Shown here: positions 62,990 to 64,000 of the stretch, one piece after another
Layout of the letters: each line of letters starts with the position of its first letter
Numbering within the stretch: position 1 is the first letter of the stretch
Assembly: GCA_973895155.1 (NCBI GenBank)
Contig: OZ316894.1
Location: forward strand, 25,046,709-25,110,708
Source: Marsupella aquatica
Lineage: Eukaryota; Plantae; Marchantiophyta
Direction of reading: 5' to 3'
DNA length: 64,000 bases
The notes under the pieces: model-generated
What the model saw: only the letters and a program-made list of their open reading frames with translations
Databases searched by the model: none
What the model was told of the DNA's origin: nothing
Program-made: the position numbers and the translations under genes

Positions 62990-64000
62990 TCCGTCTCCTG
63001 CTGCTGATGTGGTCAATCACTTCCTCTTCCTCCTCCAGCTCCTCCTCCAGCTCCAACCAACGTGATGTCCGTTTCGGGAGAGATCACAGTGAGAATGAAA
63101 GCATTTCAGTCACGAGAAATGTTCGAGACCTGGATAACGATCATCCTCTCGCCGCCATGGGGAGGAAAGCCATGATGGAGAGGGACAGTCTTTCTGCCGA
63201 GACAGAGTCGTGGACTCGGGGTTTATGGGAGGGTTTTAGTTTGCAAAGGGACGTTCCCAAATTCTTACCCCTGTTTGTCCCTTGAAACCGAAAATGGATA
63301 CACTTTCAAGGACTCTAAAGCCCGGATGGAGCTCCACTTTGTCCATGAAGTCAGGATGGACCGGTAAAGCTTGGATGGACCTGCTCAGAACATTTAAAAT
63401 GACTCAGATAACTTTGTTTACACGTTTGACTGAAATGTGACATGTAAACAGTCTACTTACAGTTTGCAGTCGATTTCAATCATATTACCGAACCGGTTTC
63501 CCCGGTAGCTTGACAACATGACTACCTTGGACCTGAAAGACATCAAGTCATCCTGTCATTACTCAGGTCACCATTATGTCTTGACTACTTTCTCCATGGT
63601 AGTCTTTTCAGTATAAAAGCAACGATCGCTCTAAGCAGTCCATGGGGATGGGCAGGGACAATGTCTCGGTCCATCCAGGCATTTGTCTCAAGAGGAAAAA
63701 GATGCACATTGGAAGATCTTTGATTGCCCAAAATTTGTGGTGAATAGAAACAAAACAAATTACTGGCAGTTTGGAGATCGAAAAGATATATCAATGTGAG
63801 TGATAAAACATAACTAAGATCAGTCATCCTGATGGGGATGATGTGGGAGTAGGCAAGTTGGTCTGGATTTCAAAGCATGGGTGAGATGAATTGAGACTGA
63901 CAGGTCGGACTCAGAAAAGGTGCACAGACGCAAGGTTACCAAAAGCTATCACAAAAATTAAATGGTGAGGGGGACTTACTGCCAAAATGACATTTCATAA

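Noticed and set aside
1-64000. tRNA or rRNA genes
   Set aside because: No cloverleaf with A/B boxes or rRNA-like sequence recognised; the only tRNA-related sequence is the copia PBS.

Overview
Land-plant nuclear genomic DNA with GT-AG introns, plant telo-boxes and plant transposon families; the species cannot be determined from the sequence. Four intron-rich housekeeping genes are clear: non-phosphorylating NADP-GAPDH (GAPN/ALDH11, +), a DDX27/Drs1/RH28-type DEAD-box helicase (-), an L-2-hydroxyglutarate dehydrogenase (-) and dihydroxy-acid dehydratase (-). There are also two uncharacterised ORFs. The intergenic space holds a decayed Ty1/copia element with both LTRs, PBS, PPT and TSD but no protease or integrase, a solo LTR inside a minisatellite, a non-autonomous Mutator-like element (long TIRs, 10-bp TSD), and an apparently intact PIF/Harbinger (Pong-like) transposon (16-bp TIRs, TTA TSD, Myb-like ORF plus DDE transposase, with an unexplained ~1.1-kb interior). 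Several unnamed tandem and inverted repeat arrays are also present. The most notable oddities are an inverted genomic copy of L2HGDH exon 1 immediately behind an unrelated ORF, duplicated splice acceptors before the catalytic-Cys exon of GAPN, and the in-frame Gag-to-RT junction in the copia element. I found no convincing wholly new biological system. All coordinates and alignments were read by eye, so exon edges may be off by a few bases.
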